Below, in pieces: positions 1-11,118 of a DNA stretch of 64,000 bases. This DNA comes from Mobula hypostoma. Its lineage: Eukaryota. The notes beneath the pieces are model-generated. The model searched no databases and was not told the DNA's origin. It worked only from the letters and a program-made list of their open reading frames with translations. Location: the NCBI RefSeq assembly GCF_963921235.1, contig NC_086102.1:137206001-137270000 (forward strand). Direction: 5' to 3'. Positions within the stretch are counted from its first letter, which is position 1; each line of letters opens with the position of its first letter. The translations under genes and the position numbers were made by a program.

Positions 1-560
1 AAGTTCAGCAAGTTTATTGTTATGTTGTAAGAATCTTGTATGCAGAGGTGAAATGAAAAACTGACTTACAGTGGTACCACAGGCACACAGCATCATATTA
101 GCAGCATTCACATGAAAAACAGAAATTAAACAAAAGTTATACACAATTTTTACAAGAAAAAATATAACTCGATCAAAAATAAATAAAGTCCATTTTAGTG
201 CAAAGTAATCTAAGAGGCCATTGTGTTACTAACCTGCAGTAATTAGGCTCTGCCAGTTGGTTCAAGAACTTGGTGGTGTGGGGCTCCAGGGTTCTGTTCC
301 TACTGCCCACTAGTAGCTGTGCGATGGCACGACCTCGATGATAGACGTTGCCTTCTTGAGGTAGCACCTCGTGTAGGTACTATTGGTGGTGGGGAGGGAT
401 ATGCTTCTTGTGTATGGAATTGCTGTATCACTCTTTGATGCACCCTATCAGAGTATTTACAACAGTACATCTGCAGCAGTTTGTGAGTGGTATGCTGAAC
501 TTTTTTAATCTTCTAAGTAAAGACATTGGTATGCCTTGCCTTGTTAACGCCCAGAAATCT
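1..560 (-). mobile_element. degenerate Rex1/Babar-type LINE 3' fragment
   Basis: Minus-strand translation ...LRRLKKFSIPLTNCCRCTVVNTLIGCI..., typical of the Rex1 post-RT region; 3' UTR resembles other copies in the window. Confidence 0.6.
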
Positions 561-1080
561 AAGGCTGCTGACTCCAAACATTTGATAAACTGCCTTACCC
601 TTTCTCTCTCAACCCCCATTGTGTTGCTGACAGGGCACAGCGCTACAGTACTGCCTCGGCCTCAGAGACTTGGCTTCCATCTTGACATTGGTTGCTGTTT
701 GTAAAGGGTTTGCACAATTTCAGTGAGACAGTGTGGGTTCCCCACAGTGGAAACCGTTTGAAACATGCTGAGTAAATTTGTGTAAGCTAGCAATACTTGC
801 TACATAGTATGTAACAAATGTGTTGCTATTTTGTAACCATTCATTCGTGGTATACAAGTTATAAAGTTAGAATAAACTATTTCAATAAAGAAAAGCCAAA
901 GAGAATACACAACCCCAAGGACAATATTAGACAAGTTTGGCAAAACAGATTATGCAGTATTCACAGCATGATTCTCAGTTGCAAAGCCCCTGATGAGCAA
1001 TCTCTCAAGGCCTGTGTGTGCATTTGGTGAGTGCCAACTTTCCATTAAGTTATATTCGCTACACGCATAAAACTAAATAA

Positions 1081-1208
1081 CTCTCTCTATCTCTTTATCT
1101 CTTTCTCCTCTCCTCTTCACTCCTCCTCCACCTCTCCTCTTCCCCTCTCTTCCCCTCTCTCCCCCCTTCTCTCCCCCCCTTCTCTCCCCCCCTTCTCTCC
1201 CCCTTTTA
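1081..1208. repeat. CT-rich low-complexity / microsatellite tract
   Basis: (CT)n grading into CCCCCCTTCTCT units. Confidence 0.9.
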
Positions 1209-1229
1209 TTCTGAGGCACATACTCTCAA

Positions 1230-2640
1230 AATTTCATTTTTGAAGGCCTCCCACTTGCCAAGTACACCTTTGCCAAAAAACATCCTGTCCCAATCCACAC
1301 TTGCCAGATCCTTTCTGATACTATCAGTGTTGGCCTCTCTCCAAATTAGAATCTCAACTCTTGGATCAGACCTAACTTTTTTCTCATTTTACTTTGAAAC
1401 TAATGGCATTATGATCACTAGCTGCCACATGTTCCTGTACACAAACTTTCATCACCTGAACTGTCTCATTCCCTAATAGCAGATCAAGAACCGCACATTC
1501 TCTCATTGGGATGTCTACATACTGATTCAGTAAACTTTCCGCAACATATTTGACCAACTGTATCCCATCTAGTCCTTTTATGGGAGTCACAGTCTATAGC
1601 TGGCAAGTTAAAAATCATCTATTACAACCAACTTATGTTTCTTGCAACAGTCTGTGATCTCTCTGCAAATTTGTTCCTCTAAATCCCACGGACAGTTGGG
1701 TGGTCTGTAATACAGCCCAATTAACATGGTCATACCTTTCTTATTCCTCACTTCCACCTGTAATACCTCACTAGGTGAATTCTCCAGTCTGTCCTGACTG
1801 AGCACTGCTGTGACATTTTTCCTGACTAGTAACACCATTCCCCCTCCTTTGATTCCTCCCACCCTGTTGCATCTAAAACAAAGGAACACTGAAATATTGA
1901 GCTGCCAGTCCTGCCCCTCCTGCAACCAAGTCTCACTAAGGGCTACAATATCATAATTTCAGGTGTTGATCCGTGCCCTGAGCTCATCTGCCTTTCCTAC
2001 ACTACTACTAGCATTGAAATATATGCATCTCAGGACATTAGTTGCACTGTGATCAACCTTTTGATTCTTGACTTTGTCTGAGGTCTTAAGAACATGTCTC
2101 CACTACCTCTCCACGACCTGTTGTGGGGCACCCAAGTTCCCATCCCCCTGCAACTCTAGTTTAAACCCCACCACCACCCTACCCCCCCCCCCCAGCCTGT
2201 GCGGCACTATCAAATGTTCCCACTAGGATATTAGTCCCCCTCCATTCCAAGTACAATGTCTCTTCTGTACAGGATGCAGAAGAAAGCCCAATGATCCAAA
2301 ACTCTTAACCTACACCAACTCCTTAGCCATGTGTTAAACTGTATAATATTCCTATCTCCGGCCTCACTAGCATGTGATATGGACGGCAGTCCTGAAACCA
2401 TAAGCCTGGATGTCTGCCCTTTAACTTAGCACCTAACTCCCTGAACTCACTTCGCAGAACCTCATCACTCTTCCATCCATGTCATTGCTACGTACATGGA
2501 CCACAACCTCTGGCTTTTCATCCTCCCACTTAAGAATGCTGAGGCACCCCTGGAGGCAATGTACCATCTGGGAATCTCATTCTCGTTCACAGAGCCTCCT
2601 TTCTGTTCCCCCAGCTAGCAGATCCCCTACCACCACACAC
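1230..2640 (-). mobile_element. CR1 LINE fragment (ORF2 apurinic endonuclease region and upstream part), degenerate
   Basis: GGGMVLLVRKN, YYRPPN, VVIDDF, LDLLLGN and SDHNAISF motifs spread over several frames. Confidence 0.85.
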
Positions 2641-2819
2641 AAGCGTCTGGCGATGCTGGAATCGGGAGCAAGAAGCAAACCTGGAGGAAGTCGGCAGGCC
2701 AGGCAGCTTCTCTGGTGGCAAAGGGGTGGCCAGCGTTTCACGTTGAGAGCCCTGTATCAGGAATGAGACTAGAGAGGGAAGATAGCCAGTGTGTAGAAGT
2801 GACAGAGAGAGAGAAAGCA

Positions 2820-3140
2820 ATTAGCTTTGTTTTGTCACATATACATCAAAATGTACAGTGAAATGTGGTATTTACATCAAATTAAATCAGCAAGGGAGAT
2901 TGTGCTGAGGCAGACTTCAAGTATCACCTTGCTCCAGCACCAACATAGCATGCACACAGCTCACTAACCCTAATCACATGTCTTCGGAGTGTGAGAGGAA
3001 AATGGAGCATGCAGAGGATACCCACACTGTCATGGGGAGAACATACAAGTTCCTTACAGACAGCGGTGGGAATCGAACCCTGATCAGTGATAACTGGTAC
3101 TGTAGGGCGATTGCTCTAACTGCTATGTTATGGTGCCAAT
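2820..3140 (-). mobile_element. tRNA-derived SINE inserted in a degenerate Penelope fragment (about 2640-3260)
   Basis: Minus-strand B-box GGTTCGATTCC; tail TTTCACTGTACATTTTGATGTATATGTGACAAAACAAAGCTAA shared with other SINE copies. Confidence 0.7.
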
Positions 3141-4989
3141 TTGTGTTGTACCATGGGAGGATGAGGCAGAGAGTGGTCAGTGATAGGTGAAACCTGGTGA
3201 GGTGAGAGATGATGGGGAGATAGAGTCAAAAGGAGGAGTGAGCAGTTCGAGACAGAAGTTGGTGGTTCCAAGTTACCTGCAGTATAAGAATGGCTCTCAG
3301 GTCACTCACCAAGAACAATCTGTGTGAATGGTTTCATTTCTATCCCGATATTTCTTTAACCTCTCCGAACTTAGATTGATTACAATGAAGATTGTTTTAT
3401 ATCATTGCATGGTTTGAGAACTGGACTCTCACTGCCAATTTCCCCTTTTTTTAAGTAGCGACATCAGTTGTACATCATTTATATTCAAAGAGTGTTACAT
3501 ACCACATGAAGAGCTCTGATGGAAAATTTTAAAAGAAGTATCCTCGAGGGCTACAGTCCAGTAGTTCTGCTTGATCTGAACACATAATGGGCAAGTCTGG
3601 CATTAATCCAGCAGCCAGATGTGAAAATCAGAACAGTAATCCATCCTTGGCCCTTTATCTTCAAGTGCTTTTAAAATATTTGTCAGTTTTGAATGATCTG
3701 CCTTCTTAACAGCTTACAAAACTCATACCATCTGGAGTCTGCATTTTAACTCCTCTAAACAGAGGAAGTATTTGCTCTGAAATCTTTCCCCTCTTAATCT
3801 TTCTTAACACCACAAAATTACAACTCCTTGTTTTTCCTTCCATTCCATCTTTATTCTGTAAGTTCTTGTGTTACATTCAGGTCTTTTTGTCAGATAAGAT
3901 ATCTGGGCTTTGATTACTTCAGTACGTGCAAATCAATGTGATATGAGTTATATCAGGATGTTGAATTTTCCTTGCTCTGTGGAGTTAAAATGACAATGAA
4001 GGAGTTGAATTTGTGTGGCACCAATGTAGTGCAGCTCATGTTGTCATGTTGGAAACAAGGCAACTGTTTGCCACATTGTGAGTCTAGAGACAGCAGTGAC
4101 CAGTCTGCCGTTCTAGTCATCTCCGAGGATAAATATTAGTAAGAGACTGAGGATAGTTCCCCTGTCCTCTGAAGTAATTCCACCCGAAAGTGCAAAATTA
4201 TCTTTTATTTCACATTTCACATTTCCATCAGCATCCACCCCACCCTAGTAGTGTGACACTCCCTCAGCACTGCACTTAACGGTTAGCCGAGACTTCCGCA
4301 CTCGGATCTGGAAAAGCAGTTGATCCACATCCAGTGGGGGATATGGGGGAGCTAACTACCCTATCAGGTATAATTAGCAGACAACACCAAATCTGGGTAT
4401 TCCATTCATAATGCAACAAAATGCAAGAGCATGTTCATACACTTGGCCAGGTATTGCATGTGTTTGGTGAATGAATTCTCAATGAACAGAGCTTTCACGC
4501 AATGCATTTTGACCAACGTTATCGAGACGTAACATAGGGGCTAATACTCCGAGACCTGAGTTCATCTTTTGGTATAGAATCAAACCTACTTCAGAGTCCC
4601 AAAGGACTCTGTGAAATTGGCCAAAGTTACGTGAAAAGTAGAGCACCGTACAAGCCTTCATGCAGAGGAATGGGAGTTTAGTAGTTCCTATGACACCTCA
4701 GTGCAGATATTATAGTTGTCACACTGAACACTGGGAAACAAGCCAGCATTTCACAAAAATATTTTCCCAGGACAGCCACAGTATAGCACCAAAAAGGTTA
4801 TTATGGAGGGGAGTCTTAGGTAGTGTGAGAACAGACCTTTCCAGTGTGTCAATGAACTCACCTTGCAATAAAGGACTTGTTGGACCATGGCATTGTGAGT
4901 ACGTCCAAAATGTTACTGCAAAGGAAGGCTGAGATAGGTGAAAGGAACTCCAGTAAATTATTAACATAACACTGTATACATGGTAAAGA

Positions 4990-5720
4990 GTATAGAACAT
5001 AGAACGTAGAAACCTGCGACACATTACAGGCCCTTCTGCCCGTGATTTTGTGCTGACCATGTAATCTACTCTAGAAACTGCCTAGAATTACCTTACTGCA
5101 TGGCCCTCTATTCCTCTAAGCTCCATGTACCTATCCAAGAGTCTCTTGAAAGATCCTATTGTATCCGACTCCAACACCATCACCGGTAGTACATTCCACA
5201 CACCCACCACTCTCTGTGTGCAATACTTATCCCTGCCATCCCCTCTGTACCTGCTTCCAAGCATCTTAAAACTATGCCCTCTCATGTTAGCTATTTCAGC
5301 CCTGGGAAAAAGCCTCTGGCTATCCTCAGAATCAATGCCTCTTATGATCTTTTACACTTGTATCAGGTCACCTCTCATCCACCACTGCTCCAAGGAGAAA
5401 AGGCCAAGTTCACTCAAGCTATTCTCATAAGGCACCTTCTCCAATTCAGGCGACATCCTCGTAAATCTCCTCTGCACTCTCTCTCGATAGTATGCACTTC
5501 CTTCCTGTAGTGAAATAACAAGAACTGAGCACAGTACTCCAGTGGAGTCTGACCAAGCTCTGAAATAGCTGTAACATTGCCTCACGGCTCCTGAGCTCAA
5601 TCCCACGGTTGATGAAAACCAACACACCTTCTGTCAACCTATGCAGCAGCTTTGAGTGTCCTTTGGACATGGACCGCAAGATCTCTCTGATCCTCCACCC
5701 TGCTAAGATTCTTATCTTTA
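4990..5720 (-). mobile_element. CR1 LINE 3' fragment
   Basis: ERVQRRFTRMSPEL, LFSLEQWWMRGDLIQV, RGHSFK, TQRVVGVWN; TTCTA-type tail. Confidence 0.9.
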
Positions 5721-6259
5721 ATACTGTATTCTGCCTTCAAATTCGAAATGAGTATGAGCCTGACAGTTCTGACCCTTTAATTCACATCATTCTCAAACAC
5801 TTCTAACATGTTCCTGTTTTGTTTTAAATGTAAGACAATAACAGAGGCTAAGGTTTGCCCCCCGCCCTCCCAAAATCTCCAGTTTCTTCCATCATTGGAG
5901 GAAATGTATTCCAAATGATCATTGGTTGATCGAGTGACAACAGGCTGTCAGCTGATGTGCTGAGGAACCTTGTGCTAGGGGGCAGAGCCCAGAGCAATTG
6001 CTAAAAAAAACATATTAGCCTGGAAATGGTTACTGCCCTGGGTTAACCTCTGTAAGAGAGCTTTTTGTGTGCTATTTGTGTGCTATGTACTTGCTAATGG
6101 AGTCCAGTTTCTAAACATAAAAGATCAGTGAAGTTGAGGTTGCAAATATACTAGTCATGAAAATAAATGTATTTTAAGGTAATAAAAATAGAAATGAAAC
6201 ATAGTGATTCATTTCTGAACAGTTAGTATTGAAGATCAAGGAAATAATATTAAACAATG

Positions 6260-7014
6260 GTTCAAGCAACATACATCAAAGTTGCTGGTGAACGCAGCAG
6301 GCCAAGCAGCATCTATAGGAAGAGGTGCAGTTGACGTTTCAGGCTGAGACCCTTCGTCAGGACTAAGTGAAGGAAGAGTGAGTAAGGGATTTGAAAGCTG
6401 GAGGGGGAGGGGGAGATGCAAAATGATAGAAGAAGACAGGAGGGGGAGGGATAGAGCCGAGAGCTGGACAGGTGATAGGCAAAAGGGGATACGAGAGGAT
6501 CATGGGACAGGAGGTCCGGGAAGAAAGACGGGGGGGGGGTGACCCAGAGGATGGGCAAGAGGTATATTCAGAGGGACAGAGGGAGAATAAGGAGAGTGAG
6601 AGAAAGAATGTGTGCATAAAAATGAGTAACAGCTGGGGTACGAGGGGGAGGTGGGGCCTAGCGGAAGTTAGAGAAGTCAATGTTCATGCCATCAGGTTGG
6701 AGGCTACCCAGACGGAATATAAGGTGTTGTTCCTCCAACCTGAGTGTGGGTTCATCTTTACAGTAGAGGAGGCCGTGGATAGACATGTCAGAATGGGAAT
6801 GGGATGTGGAATTAAAATGTGTGGCCACTGGGAGATCCTGCTTTCTCTGGCGGACAGAGCGTAGATGTTCAGCAAAGCGGTCTCCCAGTCTGCGTCGGGT
6901 CTCACCAATATATAAAAGGCCACATCGGGAGCACCGGACGCAGTATATCACCCCAGTCGACTCACAGGTGAAGTGATGCCTCACCTGGAAGGACTGTTTG
7001 GGGCCATGAATGGT
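6260..7014 (-). mobile_element. Penelope-like element 3' part: GIY-YIG endonuclease C-terminus plus terminal repeat
   Basis: ORF 6658..7044: FTCESTGVIYCVRCSRCGLLYIGETRRRLGDRFAEH...HFNS...EQHLIFRLGSLQPDGMN. Hammerhead motif in the 3' repeat. Confidence 0.93.
6327..6366 (-). ncRNA. hammerhead ribozyme copy with a stem I mismatch
   Basis: Minus strand TTAGTC-CTGACGA-AGGGTCTCAGCCT-GAAA-CG-TC^AACTG. Core intact; first stem I pair broken. Confidence 0.55.
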
Positions 7015-7039
7015 CGATTGCAAGGCATATTTTATGGCT

Positions 7040-7245
7040 TCCATTTTGTTTTTTTTTTGTTGTTCCTCTCCAAGCCTTGAAGTGCATCAGGCAACAATCT
7101 TGCTGCTTCTTTAGCATTTGTCAGTCTTTTACAAGGCCAAGTTGCTAGCTCAATGCTCAACCCAGCACGGATGGAAAGGGTGCAAGGAACTGGCCGGATT
7201 CGAACCAGAAAGTATGGTATGGATGCCAGTACACCACCAGCCGGG
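7040..7245 (-). mobile_element. tRNA-derived SINE
   Basis: Minus-strand A-box-like TGGTGGTGTACTGG, B-box GGTTCGAATCC, and an A-rich tail. Confidence 0.6.
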
Positions 7246-7834
7246 CAGGCTTCCATTTTACAGAAACCTCACAGATCTAGCAAAGAAGGTGCAACAAAGA
7301 ATCATATGGATGTTACTAGAATTCGGAAGTTATGAACGATTTAAATAATTGCATCCTGCTTTACAATCAACTTGCGGCCTTGCACTGGGAGATGAATGCA
7401 ACTTGCATTTGAAAACAAATGCTTTGATACCAGTCTTTTCTGGCAACTGATATTAATCGAGGAGGTTATTGGATAATCTGATATTAATCAAGGAGACAAA
7501 GGGGCAATATTATTGGCTACAAGGAACAATATAATTGAGAAACACTATTATTTCCAGAGCCTGCTGGAAATACTCAGCAAGTCAAACAACATCCATGGAA
7601 GTGTTAACATTGCAGGTCAATGACCTTCATCAGAATTTCAAGCAGACAGTTGCAGAGGTAACTATTGCCAAAACGCATGTTTACTTCCCTGTTTATTTCA
7701 ATACAAAACTATCAGCATATCCCCACATTTATTTTGAGTCAATTAAGTTCATGTAATTAAAAAATGGTTTGATGTTGATGTTTACTTTTTAAAAGATAGA
7801 TTTATATAAGTTCTTTAAATGTTTTAGAACACAA

Positions 7835-8215
7835 CTATTTTGGCAGTTGGATAAGGAGGAGCCTTTGCATGGTCAGGTTGATGATATTTTTCCAGCTGGT
7901 TTGCAGATGGAGCATGTATTGATCCCACAAACTGTGAAACAATCCCTCAGCACCATGCAGGATCAGGAGGACACATTTTGCTGAGAGGTAGTAAAAGTTC
8001 AGTGTGGATTTACTAGATGGATCACCAGATAGTCTAATTCCAAATTTCTTCAGAGATGTTCTGAAGGTGCCCTTCAATATTTCTTTTGACTTCGGTAAGA
8101 TCTTCATCCTGACTGAGATGGAATTTGAGAGCTTATTTGGGGATATGGTCATCTGATGGCTGTGCACAGTGACCTTGCAGAGTAACTGGGGTTTATCAGC
8201 CATGCCGATAGTGGG
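7835..8215 (-). mobile_element. degenerate RTE-clade LINE C-terminal fragment
   Basis: Frameshifted DDHIPK...KGTFRTSLKKFGI resembles the RTE C-terminal region (D.R.PK...K.TLK.SLK.FGI). Confidence 0.5.
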
Positions 8216-8546
8216 TAGCACGGTGGAGTAGCAGTTAGGGTAACACTATTACAGCATCAGTGACCTAAATTCAGTCCCCGTCACTGCCTGTAAGGTGCTT
8301 GTATGTTCTCTCCATCACCAGGCGGCTTTCCTCTGGGTACTCCGGTTTCCTCCAACATACCCTAGAATGCTTCGCTTGCATCCTTATCTTATCTTGGTTC
8401 CAAAGCTTAAACAAAAAGCCTATACAAAGAAGAGTTAGGTTTTCAATGCAAACACGAGGAATTCTGCAGATGCTGTAAGTTTAAGCAACACACACCAAAG
8501 TTGCTGGTGAACGCAGCAGGCTAGGCAGCATCTCTAGAAAGAGGTA

Positions 8547-8585
8547 CAGTCGACGTTTCGGGCCGAGACCCTTCGTCAGGACTAA
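8547..8585 (-). ncRNA. minimal type I hammerhead ribozyme in a Penelope terminal repeat (intact core)
   Basis: Minus strand reads TTAGTC-CTGACGA-A-GGGTCTCGGCCC-GAAA-CG-TC^GACTG: CUGANGA and GAAA core, stem II hairpin, stem I AGTC/GACT, palindromic ACGT in place of stem III, GUC cleavage triplet. Confidence 0.8.
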
Positions 8586-9290
8586 CTGAAGGAAGAGCTA
8601 GTAAGAGATTTGAAAGTGGGAGTGGGAGGGGGAGATCCAAAATGATAGGAGAAGACAGGAGGGGGAGGGATGGAGCCAGGAGCTGGACAGTTGATTGGCA
8701 AAAGGGATATGAGAAGGTCATGGGACAGGAGGCCTAGGGAGAAGGAAAGTGGGGGGGGGAACCCAGAGGATGGCCAAGGGGTATAGTCAGAGGGAGAAAA
8801 AGGAGAGAGAGAGAAAGAATGTGTGTTTAATTCCACATCCCACTCCCATTCTGATACGTCTATCCATGGCCTCCTCTACTGTAAAGATGAAACCACACTC
8901 AGGTTGGAGGAACAACACCTTATATTCCGTCTGGGTAGCCTCCAACCTGATGGCATGAACATTGACTTCTCTAACTTCCGCTAATGCCCCACCTCCCCCT
9001 CGTACCCCATCCGTTATTTATTTATATATACACATTCTTTCTCTCTCTCTCCTTTTTCTCCCTCTGTCCCTCTGACTATACCCCTTGCCTACCCTCTGCC
9101 CTCTGGTTTTTTTCCTCCCCTCCCCCTTTTCTTTCTCCCTGGGCCGCCTGTCCCATGATCCTCTCATATCCCCTTTACCAATCACCTGTCCAGCTCTTGG
9201 CTCCATCCCTCCCCCTCCTGTCTTCTCCTATCATTTTGGATCTCCCTCTCCCCCTCCCACTTTCAAATCTCTTACTAGCTCTTCCTTCGG

Positions 9291-9329
9291 TTAGTCCTGA
9301 CGAAGGGTCTCAGCCCGAAACGTTGACTG
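9291..9329 (+). ncRNA. minimal hammerhead ribozyme (Penelope), GUU cleavage triplet
   Basis: TTAGTC-CTGACGA-A-GGGTCTCAGCCC-GAAA-CG-TT^GACTG. Confidence 0.72.
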
Positions 9330-9930
9330 TACCTCTTCCTAGAGATGCTGCCTGGCCTGCTGCGTTCACCAGCAACTTTGATGTGTGTTGCTTAGGTTTT
9401 CAATGGCTGTGTTCAGCCTGCTGACTGCATTAGAAGATGTATGCAGACAGTCCCTGTTAGCTTATCATCTTGACTTACAAAACCATACATGCAGAAAAGG
9501 CCGTGCAAAGTGTTTGCACTTCCTTTTGATTGTGCATCATTTAACACTTTCCTTGCTGCAACTTCCACAGCCCTTGAGCAAGGTAGACAATGTATGTGGA
9601 TTTAGAATCAGTGGGATGTACAGCACTGAACTGGACATTTTCAACAGACCTTGTCCTTGCCAATTGTGATGTACCTGTGTTAATTCCATTCGCCCATATC
9701 AGCTCCATACGTCTCAATTCCTTTCCTATCCAAGCTCCTGTCCAAATACCTTTAAAACATCTGCAATTAACAAGTGAGTTTTCTTCATCATCCTGCATTG
9801 CCAATTATATTTTTGAGTTAGATCACCATTTATCACTATTAAACTTCTGTTTAACCAAGCTGCCAAAGATGGTCTTACCAGAAATAATAATAATATAAAT
9901 GACAATAATAATTATTTGTAGTATTATTGT

Positions 9931-10600
9931 TATTATTGGTACAAAAATTTACTTGACCAATTGTACATATGAATTTATATCAACAATTTTCTTAAAAAAC
10001 CTGAAAAAGTGCCGAAATTTTTGTCAGAAGGTAAAATGTATCTCTTAACTAAAAGGGAAGATGACCCATCAAAAATGACCCATCAAAATATCATCATATT
10101 ACTTGTTTATAAAATTGTAACACCATGCACCTCACAACTAATCACTACTCATTTAGATAACTACAATATAGTTACAAAAGCGCAGAAAGGATGATGTAAA
10201 GAACAACTGATAATAGATTCTGTAATTCAAAAATCAAACCTGGTAAAAAAGCAGAAATCCTTCATGTTGTAATATTGATTACCAAAAAGCATTTGATTCT
10301 GTCCTACAGTCATGGTTAAGAAATGCTTTTAATATATATAAACTACATCCAATACTTGTGAAATTCCAACAACATCTGATGAAGCATTGGTGTACTATTA
10401 TCACCCGATCTACTAACAACCAAAAAAGAACAACCAGCATTGTCAAAATAAACCGAGGCATTTTCCGGGGTAACTCTCTAAACCAACTATGGTCTTGTCC
10501 AGCATTAAACTTGCTCTTTAATTTACTGAATCAAATAAAAGCAGTGTATAAAATCAGATCCAAGCAAATGAATTATACCTTGACACACCTTCTATATGTG
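9931..10600 (+). mobile_element. R4/Dong-clade non-LTR retrotransposon RT fragment
   Basis: YWYK, PKFLSEGKMYLL.K, AQKG, KEQLIIDS, IDYQKAFDSV..SWL, KINRGIFRGNSLNQLWSC.ALN.L, LTHLLY: R4-type RT motifs up to the YMDD box. Confidence 0.75.
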
Positions 10601-11118
10601 ATGTACTCCAGTCTCAGATCAGTGAGAACTTGCAAAACAAGTAAGAGAATTTTAAAATCAATTCTAAAAGATATAGGAAGCCAATGCAGAGTAGCTAGGG
10701 CTGGAGTGATATGGTCCATCATCCTGGTTTTGGTTAAAATTCTAGCAGCAGTGTTCTGAATGAATTGAAGTTTTTCAATAGATTGCTTTGGAAGGCCTGT
10801 AAAAAGTATGTTGCAGTAACCTAGTCTATTTGATATAAAAGCACGTATTAGTTTTTCAGGATCATTATGTGAGTGAAATAGATATACCTTCGCAATATTT
10901 CTGAAGTGTAAAAATGCTGCTCTGGTCACATTCTTTAAGTGGGATTTAAAATTCAAGTCTGAGTCAAGGATAACACCTAGGCTTGTTACTTCTGATTTTA
11001 CAAAGGGAGCCAAATTCCCAAGTTTATCAAGAAGTTTATCTCTTTTGGCTTTGGGATCAACCAAAAGTATTTCAATTTTATCTTCATTTAGTTTTAGGCA
11101 AGTACTGATCATCCATTT
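10600..11118 (-). mobile_element. L2 LINE, post-RT fragment
   Basis: WM...LKLNEDKIEILL, SLGVILDSDLNF, LIRAFISNRLGYCN, LQFIQNTAARILT, HITPALATLHWLP. Confidence 0.92.

Larger units (their letters stand above)
8449..9391. mobile_element. inverted (head-to-head) Penelope insertion with a 14-bp TSD
   Basis: Minus copy about 8449-8826 joined to plus copy about 8827-9391. TTAGGTTTTCAATG at 8435-8448 and 9392-9405. Confidence 0.92.

Noticed and set aside
979-1026. Exon-like 48-nt segment with AG and GTGAGT signals (+ strand)
   Set aside because: No recognisable product and no partner exons found; cannot be supported without RNA data.
3503-3575. Exon-like 73-nt segment on the minus strand (IKQNYWTVALEDTSFKIFHQSSSC)
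   Set aside because: Splice signals are plausible but there is no homology I recognise and no compatible neighbouring exons.
6658-7044. GIY-YIG ORF as a domesticated nuclease or homing endonuclease gene
   Set aside because: Multi-copy in the window, 5'-truncated, followed by the Penelope terminal repeat; its first residues come from unrelated flank.
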